Origin: a virus
Virus record (IMG/VR): IMGVR_UViG_3300035696_000017
Span: 50,054 to 114,053 of that record
Reading direction: 5' to 3' (one strand)
Length of the DNA stretch: 64,000 nucleotides
Shown here: positions 1-9,073 of the stretch, piece after piece
How positions within the stretch are numbered: position 1 is the first letter of the stretch
Layout: the number at the start of each line of letters is the position of its first letter
Program-made: the position numbers and the translations under genes
The notes under the pieces: model-generated
What the model saw: the letters and a program-made list of their open reading frames with translations, nothing else
Databases searched by the model: none
What the model was told of the DNA's origin: nothing

Positions 1-265
1 ACGACGTCCAGAACTGCCAACCCAGAACCAGCTCGGCGGTGGGCCCGTAGTCGAAGACCCCCTCGTGGATGCGGGTCCGGAGCAGGAGTAGCAGAGGCAC
101 GTAGATCGCAGCGTAGACCAGGCAATGTCGCGCTCGCACCAGGTGGTTCTTGGCCTTCGCCAACGCCTCCTTCTCGGACTGGAAGAGCCAGTCGGCCGGG
201 AAGTGCCAGAATGCCAGCAGCACGTAGATTCCACCCAACAGGGCGAGCAACATCAACAGGTCCAT
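1..265 (-). CDS. DUF3307-like membrane protein (partial, runs off window start)
   Basis: Translated by hand from ATG 265: MDLLMLLALLGGIYVLLAFWHFPADWLFQSEKEALAK...ARHCLVYAAIY; H-x-x-x-D-W-x-x-Q motif plus hydrophobic helices. Confidence 0.6.
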   Translation of the reverse strand, partial: MDLLMLLALLGGIYVLLAFWHFPADWLFQSEKEALAKAKNHLVRARHCLVYAAIYVPLLLLLRTRIHEGVFDYGPTAELVLGWQFWTS

Positions 266-274
266 GGCTCGACC

Positions 275-589
275 CTACACCCGAGTGCCGTTGCTTTTCA
301 CCACGGTGCGGGCTTCCACCCGCTGTGTTCGGGGTGGATTCGAACGTGCTCGACTGGTCTGGGTGTCTCCCCCAAACCAGATGACCAGCACCTCGTACCC
401 GTTGACGGGTGCAGTCTTCTTCGCGTGTCGACGTGAGATGTCGGGGTAGTAGGCGATGACCATGCACGGACGCCAGGTATCGACCCAGTCATCCTTGAGG
501 TGACGGCCCTCCTTGTCGAAGCGTGCAACACGCTTTTCAGACAGGCGGAGAAGCACCCGGCCTGGGACCAGATGCTTCTCCTTGATCAT
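275..589 (-). CDS. hypothetical protein (small SH3/KOW-like family)
   Basis: ATG 589 with AGGAG upstream, overlaps RNA ligase stop; LVPGRVLL...CMVIAY...VLVIW pattern. Confidence 0.6.
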   Translation of the reverse strand: MIKEKHLVPGRVLLRLSEKRVARFDKEGRHLKDDWVDTWRPCMVIAYYPDISRRHAKKTAPVNGYEVLVIWFGGDTQTSRARSNPPRTQRVEARTVVKSNGTRV

Positions 590-1446
590 GTCTCCTGCAA
601 CGCCTTGACAAACCGCTGCTTGAACAGCTTCGCTGCTCGAGCCCCGATCGCCTTGCGTGCCTCCTTGGAGTCGATGATCTCGCCAGCACCCTCGCGGGTG
701 ACGTCTTCGACCATCGCGGCGATGACCTTGCCCGTGTCGGTGATGGTCGCCCCAGGCAGCTTGTCGAGGACATGGTCGAGCCGGGTCTCGGTGACCCACT
801 CGAGAGCGATGGCCTCAGCCTCCTGCAGCACCTGCAGCTTGGCCGGGTCATCGACCTTGCGAGCCGTTGCGGTCTCCCGTTCGACGTCCCTCTTGTGCTT
901 GCTGATGACGCGGTCAACACCGTTGGTACGGAACTCCATCAGGGGACGGAGGACCACACCCTCACGGGGCTGGTCGCCCTCGACGCCGTTCTTGCGAGCC
1001 TGCTCGCTGGGTGCATCGCGCTCTGCGTTCAGGGCTTCGATCTCGGCGGGAACCTTCTTCCAATGGACGAAGTCGAGGCCGAGCCGGCGGGCGACCTGGT
1101 CAGCGTTGGGGACGTCGAGCCAGTAGTCACCAATCTTGACGTCGAACGCAACGAAGCGCAGCTGCTTGCCGTAGCGCCAGGCCTGCTGTTGCTGCTTGCC
1201 ACCGTAGGCCTCACCGAAGATGACGACTTCCGTGTGACCAAGGTCGTTCATGCCCTTGGCCAGGGCCTCGGCGTCGAACAGCTTGACGAAGTTGTCGTGC
1301 GACTCACCGCCCGAGTTGAAGTGGAGCTGCCCGTCCTTCCAGGAGATGTGTGCCGACGTGCCGTGGATCTTCTCCATGGCGTAGCACTCCCGGAACATCA
1401 GGATGGTCTGGTTCTTGTAGAGATTGTCGATGTGCAGGTAGCCCAT
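586..1446 (-). CDS. RNA ligase, Rnl2 family
   Basis: Nucleotidyltransferase motifs EKIHGTS, IFGEAYG, FVAFDV, REGVVLRP, ISKHK. Confidence 0.85.
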   Translation of the reverse strand: MGYLHIDNLYKNQTILMFRECYAMEKIHGTSAHISWKDGQLHFNSGGESHDNFVKLFDAEALAKGMNDLGHTEVVIFGEAYGGKQQQQAWRYGKQLRFVAFDVKIGDYWLDVPNADQVARRLGLDFVHWKKVPAEIEALNAERDAPSEQARKNGVEGDQPREGVVLRPLMEFRTNGVDRVISKHKRDVERETATARKVDDPAKLQVLQEAEAIALEWVTETRLDHVLDKLPGATITDTGKVIAAMVEDVTREGAGEIIDSKEARKAIGARAAKLFKQRFVKALQET

Positions 1447-1639
1447 GTTCGTTCAGGGAATGAAACCCCTCTCCCTCTTGTCTCTGCGTGTGATCAACCA
1501 GTGAACGAGCTTCGCCAACTGACGATCACTCATCCCATCAATCCTCTTCAGACCCAGCCAGAGAGCCAACCGACGAAGACCGCCAGACGGGCCACCCCGC
1601 CTGAGCTGGCTCTTCGTGAGCCCTCGCATGACGAAGTCC

Positions 1640-1837
1640 TTACTGCGCTTTGCGCGTTGCTTTCAAGTACGTGCCCAGTGCCTTGTGGAGCGCTTCGGCG
1701 TCCGTCGGCTGGAGGTCGAAGACGACCGTCCGTGCTGGGTTGAACCTGGGTTGCAGAGAGAAGGTGAACTCGCCGTCCGTCCCCGTCTGCCCGGGATCGA
1801 TGAGCGCCATCTTGACCGTCTTGACGTTGTCCGACAT
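1640..1837 (-). CDS. hypothetical protein
   Basis: ATG 7 nt after TAGGAT of a class I promoter motif (GTGCAA-N17-TAGGAT). Confidence 0.65.
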   Translation of the reverse strand: MSDNVKTVKMALIDPGQTGTDGEFTFSLQPRFNPARTVVFDLQPTDAEALHKALGTYLKATRKAQ

Positions 1838-2433
1838 GGAGACCATCCTACACCCTCGGGTGTGCCTTTGCACCCTCACCACAGGTCCCAACTCGACAGC
1901 GAAGGTGCATTGAAGCCCTCATCCCACCAGCGGTCAGGATCATGGACCATCTGGCGAGTGACGTGGTTCAAGGCTCGACGGTGTCGACGGTTGGCATTCC
2001 GCTTGTCGTCGCGGAGGCTCTTGGCACCGATGCAGGCATAGCGTTTGACGCGGCTGCAGTTTCCCTGCACCGCGGGCAGTGTTGCGATCATTCTCTAGGC
2101 TCCTTTCGTGAACCTAAAGCATGTCAGCCTCCATCCTCATGTCGAGTACCTATTCGTGTGGGTAGCCCTCGAACACGGGCCTTTCGCCCTCTTCTTCGAA
2201 CCTGTCGGCAGCCCAGTTCCAGTGCCGCCTGTCGGTGAGGTTCAACTCGAACATCCAGTCACCCCGGGCAAGGTAGACACGGAGCCCAGCGTGATCACCC
2301 CGAGTGTTGAAGCTGAAGTGGATGTCAGCCGACCGGATCGGGTGCCTGAGCAACCCTCCACCGATCTCCAACGATTTGTTGAGGATGGGTCCGACAGTGA
2401 CGTACGCAGTGCCGTCATGAGTGTGGGCGCGGA

Positions 2434-3432
2434 TCACTTGGCGTCCTCGCAGCAACGGGTGCCCGTCTCGTACCAGCCGAACCACTCGTTGTGGCCGTCG
2501 GTGATCGCCCGGCACTGGTTGCGAACCCCGAAGACGTGGCCGCTCATCAACCCGCTCCGGAAGGGCGCCTTCTTCGAGTGCTCGGGGATCGCGGTGTTGT
2601 CGATGAGTTCGTCGATGTTACCCACCATGTCATGGACGCCGAAGGGGCTGACGCAAGCGGGCATTGACCCAGCCGGGACCAGCAGGTCCTGGAGGATGCT
2701 ACTGACGCGATCGCCAGGTTTCTTGGCATCGAAGACGCTGATCTTGTGGCCGGGGCGCAGCGGGTCTTCTGGGATCGGGTTGTCGAAGTTGCAGGCCGTC
2801 CTGTCGCGGGTGTAGCCCGGGTGCTCTCCCGGTCCCGCGTACGGGTAGGGCTGCATGTCGGGGCCTTCGCAGGAAAACGTCCATTCCTCTTTGGTGCAGA
2901 GGCGCTTGCCCTGTGCGGCGCAGGCGTTCTTCGCGCTGTACCAGTCCATCCACGACTGGGGCCGTTGCCCCTCGACGTTGGGGTACTCGTAGGTGTCGAC
3001 GCAGAAGTGCATGTGGGGCCGCTTGGCGACGGGGGTCAGGCACGTCGACGGGTACTTCCACTCACCACACCGGCCCGTTGGGAACTTCTTGCTGGGCCTG
3101 GCCGCTTCCGACCGGTTGCCCTTGTAGTCGACCCAGTACAGGCACGTCTCCTGGACGTTGGGGCAGTAGGTGCCCTCGATTTCGATCATGCCCGCTGGGC
3201 AGGCGCCGTTCGAGGGAACGGGCGCAGTGACGGCATCGACGATGCTCTGGGCAAGGTCGGCATCGTGTTGCAAGTCGAGGACTGGTGTCGCTGGCGCAGC
3301 GGGAGGCGTCTCCCGGTGGAAGGACGTCATCGTCCGCCCGGGTGGGGTCTGGGCGATGTCGTGGTGGTTGTTGGTGCAGGCGATTGCGATGGCGGCGAGG
3401 GCGATGGGTATCGCCGCAGTCACTCGTCTCAT
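2434..3432 (-). CDS. FGE-sulfatase (SUMF1-like) domain lipoprotein
   Basis: Lipoprotein-like signal (AIAC); CPAGMIEIEG, FCVDTYEYPN, CAAQGKRLCTKEEW, SPFGVHDMVGNIDE, GTRCC. Confidence 0.85.
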   Translation of the reverse strand: MRRVTAAIPIALAAIAIACTNNHHDIAQTPPGRTMTSFHRETPPAAPATPVLDLQHDADLAQSIVDAVTAPVPSNGACPAGMIEIEGTYCPNVQETCLYWVDYKGNRSEAARPSKKFPTGRCGEWKYPSTCLTPVAKRPHMHFCVDTYEYPNVEGQRPQSWMDWYSAKNACAAQGKRLCTKEEWTFSCEGPDMQPYPYAGPGEHPGYTRDRTACNFDNPIPEDPLRPGHKISVFDAKKPGDRVSSILQDLLVPAGSMPACVSPFGVHDMVGNIDELIDNTAIPEHSKKAPFRSGLMSGHVFGVRNQCRAITDGHNEWFGWYETGTRCCEDAK

Positions 3433-3486
3433 GTGAGGGACCTCTACTGCTGATCCTCCTACAGGAGGGGCTCGTTTTTCACCGTC

Positions 3487-3729
3487 TCAGTCGCGGTCGG
3501 CTTTCGCGCCGTTCGCAACGTCCTGTGGGACCCGGCTGTCCGGGACGATGTGGTCGGTGCCGCAGACGCTGCACTTCACGTAGTACTTCTGCTCTCCGTT
3601 GTCCCCGGCGTAGTAGCACGCGTTGAAGGTGCCGATCCGGACGTCAGAGGCCTCAGCCTCGAGCTCAGTCTGGCAGCCCTTACACGTGAACTTGTGCTTC
3701 CACGGAGGCCGTGCTTTCACGACTTTCAT
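3487..3729 (-). CDS. zinc-ribbon protein
   Basis: CKGC...CSVC pairs. Confidence 0.65.
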   Translation of the reverse strand: MKVVKARPPWKHKFTCKGCQTELEAEASDVRIGTFNACYYAGDNGEQKYYVKCSVCGTDHIVPDSRVPQDVANGAKADRD

Positions 3730-3730
3730 G

Positions 3731-3931
3731 TCAGTCTCCCCAGTCTGCCCCGCAGTCGGGGCACGAACACCGCGCCTTGTTGGGGTGGGAGCAGAACTGC
3801 TGGACGGTCTTTAACAACTCCTGGGTGATCCGAGCGTCAGCCTGGAGGCCTCGGAGGTGCTTGTACAGCATCTCGTGGGTCTCCTTGACCTGCTCCTGCG
3901 TCAGCGGGAACGTGACCTGGGGGATCGCCAT
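3731..3931 (-). CDS. hypothetical protein with C-terminal Cys cluster
   Basis: GGAGGAG SD, coupled to upstream stop; CSHP...CPDCG. Confidence 0.6.
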   Translation of the reverse strand: MAIPQVTFPLTQEQVKETHEMLYKHLRGLQADARITQELLKTVQQFCSHPNKARCSCPDCGADWGD

Positions 3932-4257
3932 CACTCCTCCTTCTTGCCGCTCTTGGAGCAGTGCTCCCAGTGGAAGCCGCTGTCGCGGCCGCACTCCTTG
4001 CACCACAGTGTGGGCCGGCCCATCATGTCGTTGGCGACACGGAAGCCAGCTGCGGCGACGGCCTGCTCGATGGGGGACCTCGGCGGCGCGTCAGGGTTGC
4101 CACCCAAGGCCTTGATCAGGCTGGGCAGCCCCTCGAGGTTCTTCTTGCGCGCCTCGTAGGCCTCCTTGTTCAGCCTCTCGTTGCGAGCGAGGTGCTCCAA
4201 GTGTTCCTCGAGCGAGGCGCAGCACTTCCACTTGGCGAGGCTCTCTTCGGGGGTCAT
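3931..4257 (-). CDS. hypothetical protein
   Basis: Follows the ligase in the operon; CKEC..H..HC motif. Confidence 0.55.
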   Translation of the reverse strand: MTPEESLAKWKCCASLEEHLEHLARNERLNKEAYEARKKNLEGLPSLIKALGGNPDAPPRSPIEQAVAAAGFRVANDMMGRPTLWCKECGRDSGFHWEHCSKSGKKEE

Positions 4258-4258
4258 C

Positions 4259-5698
4259 TCAGTCCTCGTTCTTGTCGCGGGTGACCGCATCGAGGCGCTC
4301 CTGGCGCTCGGCAGCGCTGAGGCCCTTCCACCACTTGTACGTGGCGGTGATGCTCTTGTCGACGTCGCCCGCCGGGCGGATCCGGCAGTAGACCGGGAAC
4401 CGCATCTTGCCGTCCACAGTGAGGCCGTCCTTCGTCAGCGGGTCGGGCTGTGCCTCGCACTCGGCGACCTTGCCGTTCCAGGAATCGGGATCGTCCTGCT
4501 GGATCTGGGCGCGAAGAGCGTCGTTGAAGCCGCCGCCGACCCGGGTGATGACCTGGTTGGGGAGCAGCACGTAGAAGCCACCGAACTGTCCCTCGCGCTT
4601 GGTGTTCTTGCGGCCCAGGTACGAGCCAACGATGACGCCCTCGTAGGTGACGCAGGGCTTCAGCTTCAGGATGTTCTTGGAGCGATCCCAGACGTAGGGA
4701 GTGTCGAGCGTCTTCAGCATGACGCCCTCGTAGCCGTCGCTCATGCACTTCGAGAAGAAGGCCTTGAGCTCCTCCTCGTTCTTGGCGTTGATGTGGGGCA
4801 CCTGCCGGACCCGAGCGGGCTCGTTGTCGAAGGAGACGCAGGCCAGCACCACCTCGTGGACCAGCTTGACGCGGTCGCGGTAGAGCGTCTTGCCTTCCTG
4901 CGCCACCCACTCGTTGAGGGGCATCGCATCGAAGACGTTGTAGTAGAGGTTCGAGTCGTCCTTCTGCGTCTTGGACATCATGACGCTGGCGCTCTCGTTC
5001 CAGTCGGCCGCCATGCCCTCGCCGTCCAGGACGACGTTGTCGTACTTGGCACCCTCGAGGACCGCCTTGATCTTCGGCATCGACTCGAGGACGGTGCCGT
5101 TGCGGGTGTAGAAGGTGACCACGCCGTCCTTCTTGACGGCGATGCACCGCAGCCCGTCGAGCTTCGGCTCGACCCGGACCGGGTAGTTGACCTTGTCGAG
5201 GATCTTGATGCCCTCGCCGCGGGTGAAGCTGCTGTTCAACGTCTTGGCCAGGGCGACCTCGAACCCCTTGATGAGGTTGGGCCACACCTTGTTGACGCTC
5301 TCCTGGACACCGGCACGGAGGTTCTTCAGCAGGATGCGCTGGCACCACTTCTGCTGGAGCTCGGTCATCACGGCGAAACGCCTTTGGACAGCGTCCTTGG
5401 CAGCGTTGCCCGTCGTCTCACGGCGGGAGAGCGGGCCGAGAAAGTCCAGGAACTTCTCGATGAGGAGGTCGTCTGCCATGCCGTTCTTCCACCCAATCGG
5501 GGCGGTGGCCCAGGTCGCGCTGAGCGCCTTGGGCATCTTGAACTTGCTGACGTAGTAGACCGTGTACGGGTCCTGTGCCGCGACGAAGACCCGCTTCAGG
5601 AGGTCGTTCTTGCGAGCTGCCTCCATGATGTCGATCTTGGCAAGCTTGCCGGAGGTGGACTCGAGCTCTTCGAGGATGTCGATGACCGTTCGTGCCAT
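4259..5698 (-). CDS. ATP-dependent DNA ligase
   Basis: Motif I EPKLDGLR, VLDGE, YNVFD, YEGVMLK, LKLKP, OB domain ending RFPVY. Confidence 0.95.
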   Translation of the reverse strand: MARTVIDILEELESTSGKLAKIDIMEAARKNDLLKRVFVAAQDPYTVYYVSKFKMPKALSATWATAPIGWKNGMADDLLIEKFLDFLGPLSRRETTGNAAKDAVQRRFAVMTELQQKWCQRILLKNLRAGVQESVNKVWPNLIKGFEVALAKTLNSSFTRGEGIKILDKVNYPVRVEPKLDGLRCIAVKKDGVVTFYTRNGTVLESMPKIKAVLEGAKYDNVVLDGEGMAADWNESASVMMSKTQKDDSNLYYNVFDAMPLNEWVAQEGKTLYRDRVKLVHEVVLACVSFDNEPARVRQVPHINAKNEEELKAFFSKCMSDGYEGVMLKTLDTPYVWDRSKNILKLKPCVTYEGVIVGSYLGRKNTKREGQFGGFYVLLPNQVITRVGGGFNDALRAQIQQDDPDSWNGKVAECEAQPDPLTKDGLTVDGKMRFPVYCRIRPAGDVDKSITATYKWWKGLSAAERQERLDAVTRDKNED

Positions 5699-5704
5699 GG
5701 TTCT

Positions 5705-5734
5705 AGTCTACCTCAGGTGAGGTCCCGCTTTCAC
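5705..5734 (-). promoter_or_regulatory. class I promoter motif (leaderless) for DNA ligase
   Basis: GTGAAA-N18-TAGACT-AGAACC-ATG; TGA within GTGAAA is the stop of the upstream gene. Confidence 0.75.
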
Positions 5735-5970
5735 TGTTTCACGAAGTCCACGGGCAGCACGACAGCAATGGTCGAGCCACAGCTCCCACAGTTGCGCATC
5801 TCTAGGTCTGGGATGCCGTACTCTTTGGGAACCTTCTGGACCCCGACGTAGTCGAGGGTGTCCCACTCCGCCTCCGAGATGTCGTGGCCGCAAGCGCAGT
5901 GCTTGGGCCACTTCTCGACGAAGAGCTCGCGTGTTTCCGGGTCGTCCATCGCCGACTGCACCACGCTCAC
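5731..5970 (-). CDS. small zinc-finger protein
   Basis: CACGH...CGSCGS. Confidence 0.6.
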   Translation of the reverse strand: MSVVQSAMDDPETRELFVEKWPKHCACGHDISEAEWDTLDYVGVQKVPKEYGIPDLEMRNCGSCGSTIAVVLPVDFVKQ

Positions 5971-6203
5971 TTCGAAGCTTCCTTCTTCCCGAAAGCCTGC
6001 ATCAGGCCCAAGATCAGGTGGTCGACGTTGAGGCCGCTGATGACCGTCCGGATCGCCTCGTTGTCGTCGTTCATCTGGACGACCTCGATCTCGCCAGTCT
6101 TCTGGTTCGCGTAGACCTGCAGCGTGGAGTTGGGACCGTCGAAGGAGAAGACCTCCTCCCACGGCTCTCGCTGGTACTCACTGAGCTGGATCACGTTTGA
6201 CAT
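5967..6203 (-). CDS. hypothetical protein
   Basis: MSNVIQLSEY start, operon packing. Confidence 0.6.
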   Translation of the reverse strand: MSNVIQLSEYQREPWEEVFSFDGPNSTLQVYANQKTGEIEVVQMNDDNEAIRTVISGLNVDHLILGLMQAFGKKEASK

Positions 6204-6420
6204 TGGCGAGCTTCTCCTCGATTTCGTCCTCATCTGCTCCAAATGCGATGCTGAGAGTCTTGGCCAGCTCCAGCACCTGCTTCATCGACAGCAACGCGGG
6301 CTTGCCGTCGCCTGTTACGAACCTGACACGTCCCTTCGACGAGATGCTGACCCAGAGGTTGCCCCCGATGAAGACGTCTTGAACCCAACGCTCGTCGAAC
6401 AACTGAACCACGTTGGCCAT
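6178..6420 (-). CDS. hypothetical protein
   Basis: Class I promoter motif at 6427-6456 directly upstream. Confidence 0.65.
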   Translation of the reverse strand: MANVVQLFDERWVQDVFIGGNLWVSISSKGRVRFVTGDGKPALLSMKQVLELAKTLSIAFGADEDEIEEKLANVKRDPAQ

Positions 6421-6457
6421 GACCCAATCCTATCCCGGGCACCAGCCCGTTTGCACC

Positions 6458-6694
6458 TCAGCGGACGGTGGACACACCCTCTCGTGCTTCATACAGGATG
6501 GTCCCCGCGCGGATGGCGTTGGTCGCTTCCTCGAGGGTAGCGCCCTCGCCGACAAGCTTGTCCAACGCCTCGATCTCAGAGACGTGACCGAGCAGGTTCG
6601 CTGCCCGCTGGATCATCTTATCGATCCTCGGTTCCCACTCGATGTGAGCCTGAACGTTCGGGCTGATGGGCGGGATGTTGGTGAAGTCACGCAT
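6458..6694 (-). CDS. hypothetical protein
   Basis: Operon packing, phage-like codon usage. Confidence 0.55.
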   Translation of the reverse strand: MRDFTNIPPISPNVQAHIEWEPRIDKMIQRAANLLGHVSEIEALDKLVGEGATLEEATNAIRAGTILYEAREGVSTVR

Positions 6695-6905
6695 GGTCTG
6701 TTGCTTTCTTGAGGCTGATTTTGAACGATTCCCAGTGCTCGTCACAGGCCCATGTCTCGTCGACGGCCACCTTGGTCTGCACTCCAGACAGGCAGACGGG
6801 TCGAGCGTTGTAGAAACGCTGCTGTGCAGGTTTCCCGCAGGTGTACCCATTGTGGTGGCACGGGTGGGGACCGTCTCCAGAGTGCCCACATCTACAAGTC
6901 GACAT
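6687..6905 (-). CDS. Cys/His-rich small protein
   Basis: Class I promoter (GTGTAA-N18-TAGAGT) upstream; CRCGH, CH, CGK, CDEH. Confidence 0.6.
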   Translation of the reverse strand: MSTCRCGHSGDGPHPCHHNGYTCGKPAQQRFYNARPVCLSGVQTKVAVDETWACDEHWESFKISLKKATDHA

Positions 6906-6935
6906 GTTGTCACTCTACTTCAGTTCGTTGGGTTC

Positions 6936-7160
6936 TTACACCCGTCTGATCAGGTGCCAGTACCTGGACAGCTCGGCGAGAGACACGTAGAAAACTTGGC
7001 CACCCTCGTGAAGGTAGTGTAGCTTGCCACAACCCGTGCCTTCGTTGATGAGGGTCAACCGAGCCTGACACCAGGTGTAGTTCCTGTTCGCTGGGTACCG
7101 CGAGTAGATCGCACCCAAGATGATCGGGACTGTCCCGGGTTCGACGTAGTGGGTGGCCAT
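6936..7160 (-). CDS. hypothetical protein
   Basis: ATG 7160; stop TAA lies within the next promoter's -35. Confidence 0.55.
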   Translation of the reverse strand: MATHYVEPGTVPIILGAIYSRYPANRNYTWCQARLTLINEGTGCGKLHYLHEGGQVFYVSLAELSRYWHLIRRV

Positions 7161-7167
7161 GTGACCC

Positions 7168-7425
7168 TCAGGAAAGCGCCGTGATGTCACCGGTGTGGAC
7201 TGCCCCGAAGGGCACGAAGAAAAAGCCTGTGCCCTCGGAGGGCAGGAGCAGGTAGCCCTGTGCCGTCTCATCTGTCTGCGGGTCTGCCCGGAACCTGCGC
7301 TCCCGGGTCTCAACGGTACCGGGGGTGCCAGAAGCACGGGTGAAAGACCAGGTGCCGACGATGACTCCGAGGCCCGAACCGGACACCTCACACAGGGTCC
7401 CGAGAGCGAGCCGGTCAGCTCTCAC
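7168..7425 (-). CDS. hypothetical protein (small SH3/KOW-like family)
   Basis: GTG overlapping upstream TGA; LALGTLCEV..SGLGVIVG. Confidence 0.5.
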   Translation of the reverse strand: MRADRLALGTLCEVSGSGLGVIVGTWSFTRASGTPGTVETRERRFRADPQTDETAQGYLLLPSEGTGFFFVPFGAVHTGDITALS

Positions 7426-7877
7426 GTATGCATGACCAGCCGCAGGTCGTGGATGATGCACCTGCCGATGTTCGGGATGATGAAGGTGTGCTTCGGCACC
7501 TCCATGTCGACCAGCTGTCGGTTCGACCTGACCCGCTCGACGACCCTCACGGTACCGGCATAGATCATACACGCGCCCACCGGCACCACGATCAGCTCCC
7601 TGCGGTACGCCTCGCGGAGCGTCGGGAACGGGTAATTGGGACGCTCCTTGTCGATCTTGGACATCGGCAGCCGCGCCGCCATCAGTGCCCCGATGGTCAG
7701 CTTCTCTTTGAAGGAGCTGGTGAACACGCCAGGGCTTCGGTAACGAAGCGGCTTCTCCCGACGCCCCAGCCCATAGCCCGCATCCGGGTCCTTCCACGTG
7801 ATGACGGGCTTGGGTTCCTTGGACGCGTGCCTTCGCCGGTTCGGGTTGCCGGATGAGTGAGGGGGTCGCCATGCCAT
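7422..7877 (-). CDS. hypothetical protein
   Basis: Class I promoter (GTGCAA-N18-TACACT) 7 nt upstream. Confidence 0.65.
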   Translation of the reverse strand: MAWRPPHSSGNPNRRRHASKEPKPVITWKDPDAGYGLGRREKPLRYRSPGVFTSSFKEKLTIGALMAARLPMSKIDKERPNYPFPTLREAYRRELIVVPVGACMIYAGTVRVVERVRSNRQLVDMEVPKHTFIIPNIGRCIIHDLRLVMHT

Positions 7878-8080
7878 TGGTTACAGTGTACCACCTTGGG
7901 CCACCCGTTTGCACTGCTTAACGAAACAAGGCCGGCACCCACGGGTTAGTCCCAGTCGACCACGATTCAAGGTCACTGGGGCATCGCTCGGTCCGGCCAG
8001 GTTACCAGAGGGAATGCGGGTCCCTCGTTCACCTTCATTCAAGCATTGGTGTCCCCCATCGCCGCTGGGGACGTCACACT

Positions 8081-8533
8081 TCAAGTGTTGGGGGCCTGTG
8101 CGGTGGGCTTCGCCCTCTTCCCGAACTTCTCGCCTGCGCTCTCGAAGTTGGCGATCAGCGGCGCGATGTACGCATTCCAGACCTGGTCGAACACGAGCTG
8201 CTTGCGAGCGTTGAGCTCCTGACGGCTCGGGGTCTTCTTACCAACACCCAGACGGGTCTTGGCAAGCAACTCCTTGGCGTCAGCGCGCTTTCCTTTCGGG
8301 CTTCCCACCTCCTTCTTCATTGCTTTGCGCCACATCTTCCTGAACTTTCGTTTCAGTTGACGTTGCTCGTCGGGCGACAGCTGCTTGAGGGCGCGCTCCA
8401 TGTCGAGCGTAGTGCTCTCCATCGGCAGGATCCCGAGCTCGAACATGACGGCGTGGATGAACGCTCGGTCAACGTCTCTCAGGTTCTTCCTAGGCTTCAC
8501 TGTCGGTGCCACCGAGCGGTCCTCCGTGTCCAT
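8081..8533 (-). CDS. basic hypothetical protein
   Basis: ORF track, Lys/Arg-rich helical sequence. Confidence 0.6.
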   Translation of the reverse strand: MDTEDRSVAPTVKPRKNLRDVDRAFIHAVMFELGILPMESTTLDMERALKQLSPDEQRQLKRKFRKMWRKAMKKEVGSPKGKRADAKELLAKTRLGVGKKTPSRQELNARKQLVFDQVWNAYIAPLIANFESAGEKFGKRAKPTAQAPNT

Positions 8534-9053
8534 CAACCTGCAACGCCCACTTCATGTACGTCTTGATGTACGTAGCACGGGCGCGGTCAAAAAGCTTCTT
8601 GTCGATCCTGATGCCGAGGCGTCCTGCGAGCTTCCGTCCCCTGTCCCACGCTTCGAACTCTTCATCAACAACGTCGATGCGGTGAACCAGGGTCTTCTTC
8701 TCGTTGGGCTCGTCAGCATTGTACCCCATGCCGTAGCGTTGGTCCTTCTCACGTTCCCCGATGAGGATATGTCCACACTCGTGTGCCAGGTTGTAGACTT
8801 GGTTCTCTGGGGAGAGGTGACAGTTGATCAGGATCGACTTTTCTTCGGAATCGACTTCACCTCCGACCGCTGTCTTCCCAAACCTGACGCTGTAGCCCTG
8901 GGCCTTGGCCCACTCAACGAACGCAGCGATGCCGTTGATGAACCTGAGGTCCCGCTTGTAGCGCCGGTTGGCCTCGGTGCGACGGGCGCGAGGAGCCCTG
9001 CGGAGCCTCTCCGCCGCCCGAGACTTCCAGACCTCCAGCGCAAACTCCGCCAC
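8490..9053 (-). CDS. ImmA/IrrE-like (M78) HExxH metallopeptidase
   Basis: ILINCHLSPENQVYNLAHECGH followed by EEFEAW. Confidence 0.7.
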   Translation of the reverse strand: MAEFALEVWKSRAAERLRRAPRARRTEANRRYKRDLRFINGIAAFVEWAKAQGYSVRFGKTAVGGEVDSEEKSILINCHLSPENQVYNLAHECGHILIGEREKDQRYGMGYNADEPNEKKTLVHRIDVVDEEFEAWDRGRKLAGRLGIRIDKKLFDRARATYIKTYMKWALQVDGHGGPLGGTDSEA

Positions 9054-9073
9054 AACCCTTAGGTATCGTTCGA

